From an uncultured Candidatus Saccharibacteria bacterium (GTDB taxonomy: Bacteria; Patescibacteriota; Doudnabacteria; UBA920): a stretch of 55,825 nt of DNA. The notes under the pieces are model-generated. The model was not told the origin of the DNA. It saw only the letters and a program-made list of their open reading frames with translations, and made no database searches. The position numbers were made by a program, and so were the translations under genes. Positions 55,502 to 55,825 of the stretch are shown one piece after another (the first letter of the stretch is position 1; each line of letters begins with the position of its first letter). The stretch covers positions 1 to 55,825 of the forward strand of contig CAZLPF010000005.1 of the NCBI GenBank assembly GCA_964561365.1. The letters run 5' to 3'.

Positions 55502-55824
55502 TAGCCGACGGGAATGAGCTGGCGGACGAGCAGGAGCACCGAAAGCGGCAGCGCGGCCAGGTAGAGGAGGAACCACGCGGTTACGAAAACCTCGCGGAGG
55601 CTGAAGTAGATGGCCTTGTAGAGGAGCAGTATGACGCGGAGGAAGAAGCCCACGATGATGCCGGCCTTCGTGTAGTCGCCGAACAGCGGCTCGCGGAGAT
55701 GGCGCGCGAACAGCACGAGCCCGGTCTTGTGCAGGCCGTAGCGGGTCTGGCGCCGTAGCCACCCCGACATGACCGAAAGGCCCGTGGTGTACCACCACAG
55801 GGGAAGGGTGACGACGTTGAGCGG
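55501..55824 (-). CDS. Membrane protein, 5'-truncated by window edge
   Basis: PLNVVTLPLWWYTTGL...REPLFGDYTKAGIIVGFFLR; translationally coupled to the Clp gene. Confidence 0.75.
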   Translation of the reverse strand, partial: PLNVVTLPLWWYTTGLSVMSGWLRRQTRYGLHKTGLVLFARHLREPLFGDYTKAGIIVGFFLRVILLLYKAIYFSLREVFVTAWFLLYLAALPLSVLLLVRQLIPVG

Positions 55825-55825
55825 T

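Noticed and set aside
55502-55798. N-terminal extension of the Clp ORF to 55798
   Set aside because: It overlaps a better membrane-protein ORF in another frame; the TAATG coupling supports a start at 55501.
1-55825. tRNA, rRNA or CRISPR features
   Set aside because: No cloverleaf or T-loop signatures, rRNA motifs or regularly spaced direct repeats were seen by eye; tRNAscan-SE and a CRISPR finder would confirm.

Overview
GC-rich bacterial chromosomal window spanning the replication origin region (jag-yidC-yidD-rnpA-rpmH <> dnaA-dnaN-recF-dciA). Gene content and protein styles suggest Patescibacteria/CPR; this is an inference, not a database result. Housekeeping genes include yebC, ruvC/B/A, tyrS, PBP1A, polA, rpsT, uvrB, tsaE, rsmE, a PilB-like ATPase, a FemAB-like transferase and a membrane-anchored Clp ATPase. 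There is also a 2186-aa alpha-2-macroglobulin with an intact thioester motif, convergent with pbpC. An accessory island at about 40.4-48.4 kb holds a DUF5343-like gene, an IS1595 remnant and two parallel cassettes, each a TrmB-type regulator divergent from a run of orphan genes. Four main unexplained signals stand out. (1) A ~690-nt ORF-free, densely helical, promoter-to-terminator transcription unit between uvrB and ruvA that looks like a large structured ncRNA I cannot assign to a known class. (2) A two-hairpin/pyrimidine-tract/AGGAGG intergenic element repeated five times in the TrmB cassettes. (3) A TCA-N7-TGA palindrome over all four -35 boxes of those cassettes. (4) Apparent leaderless promoters on many housekeeping genes. 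No tRNA, rRNA or CRISPR array was seen.
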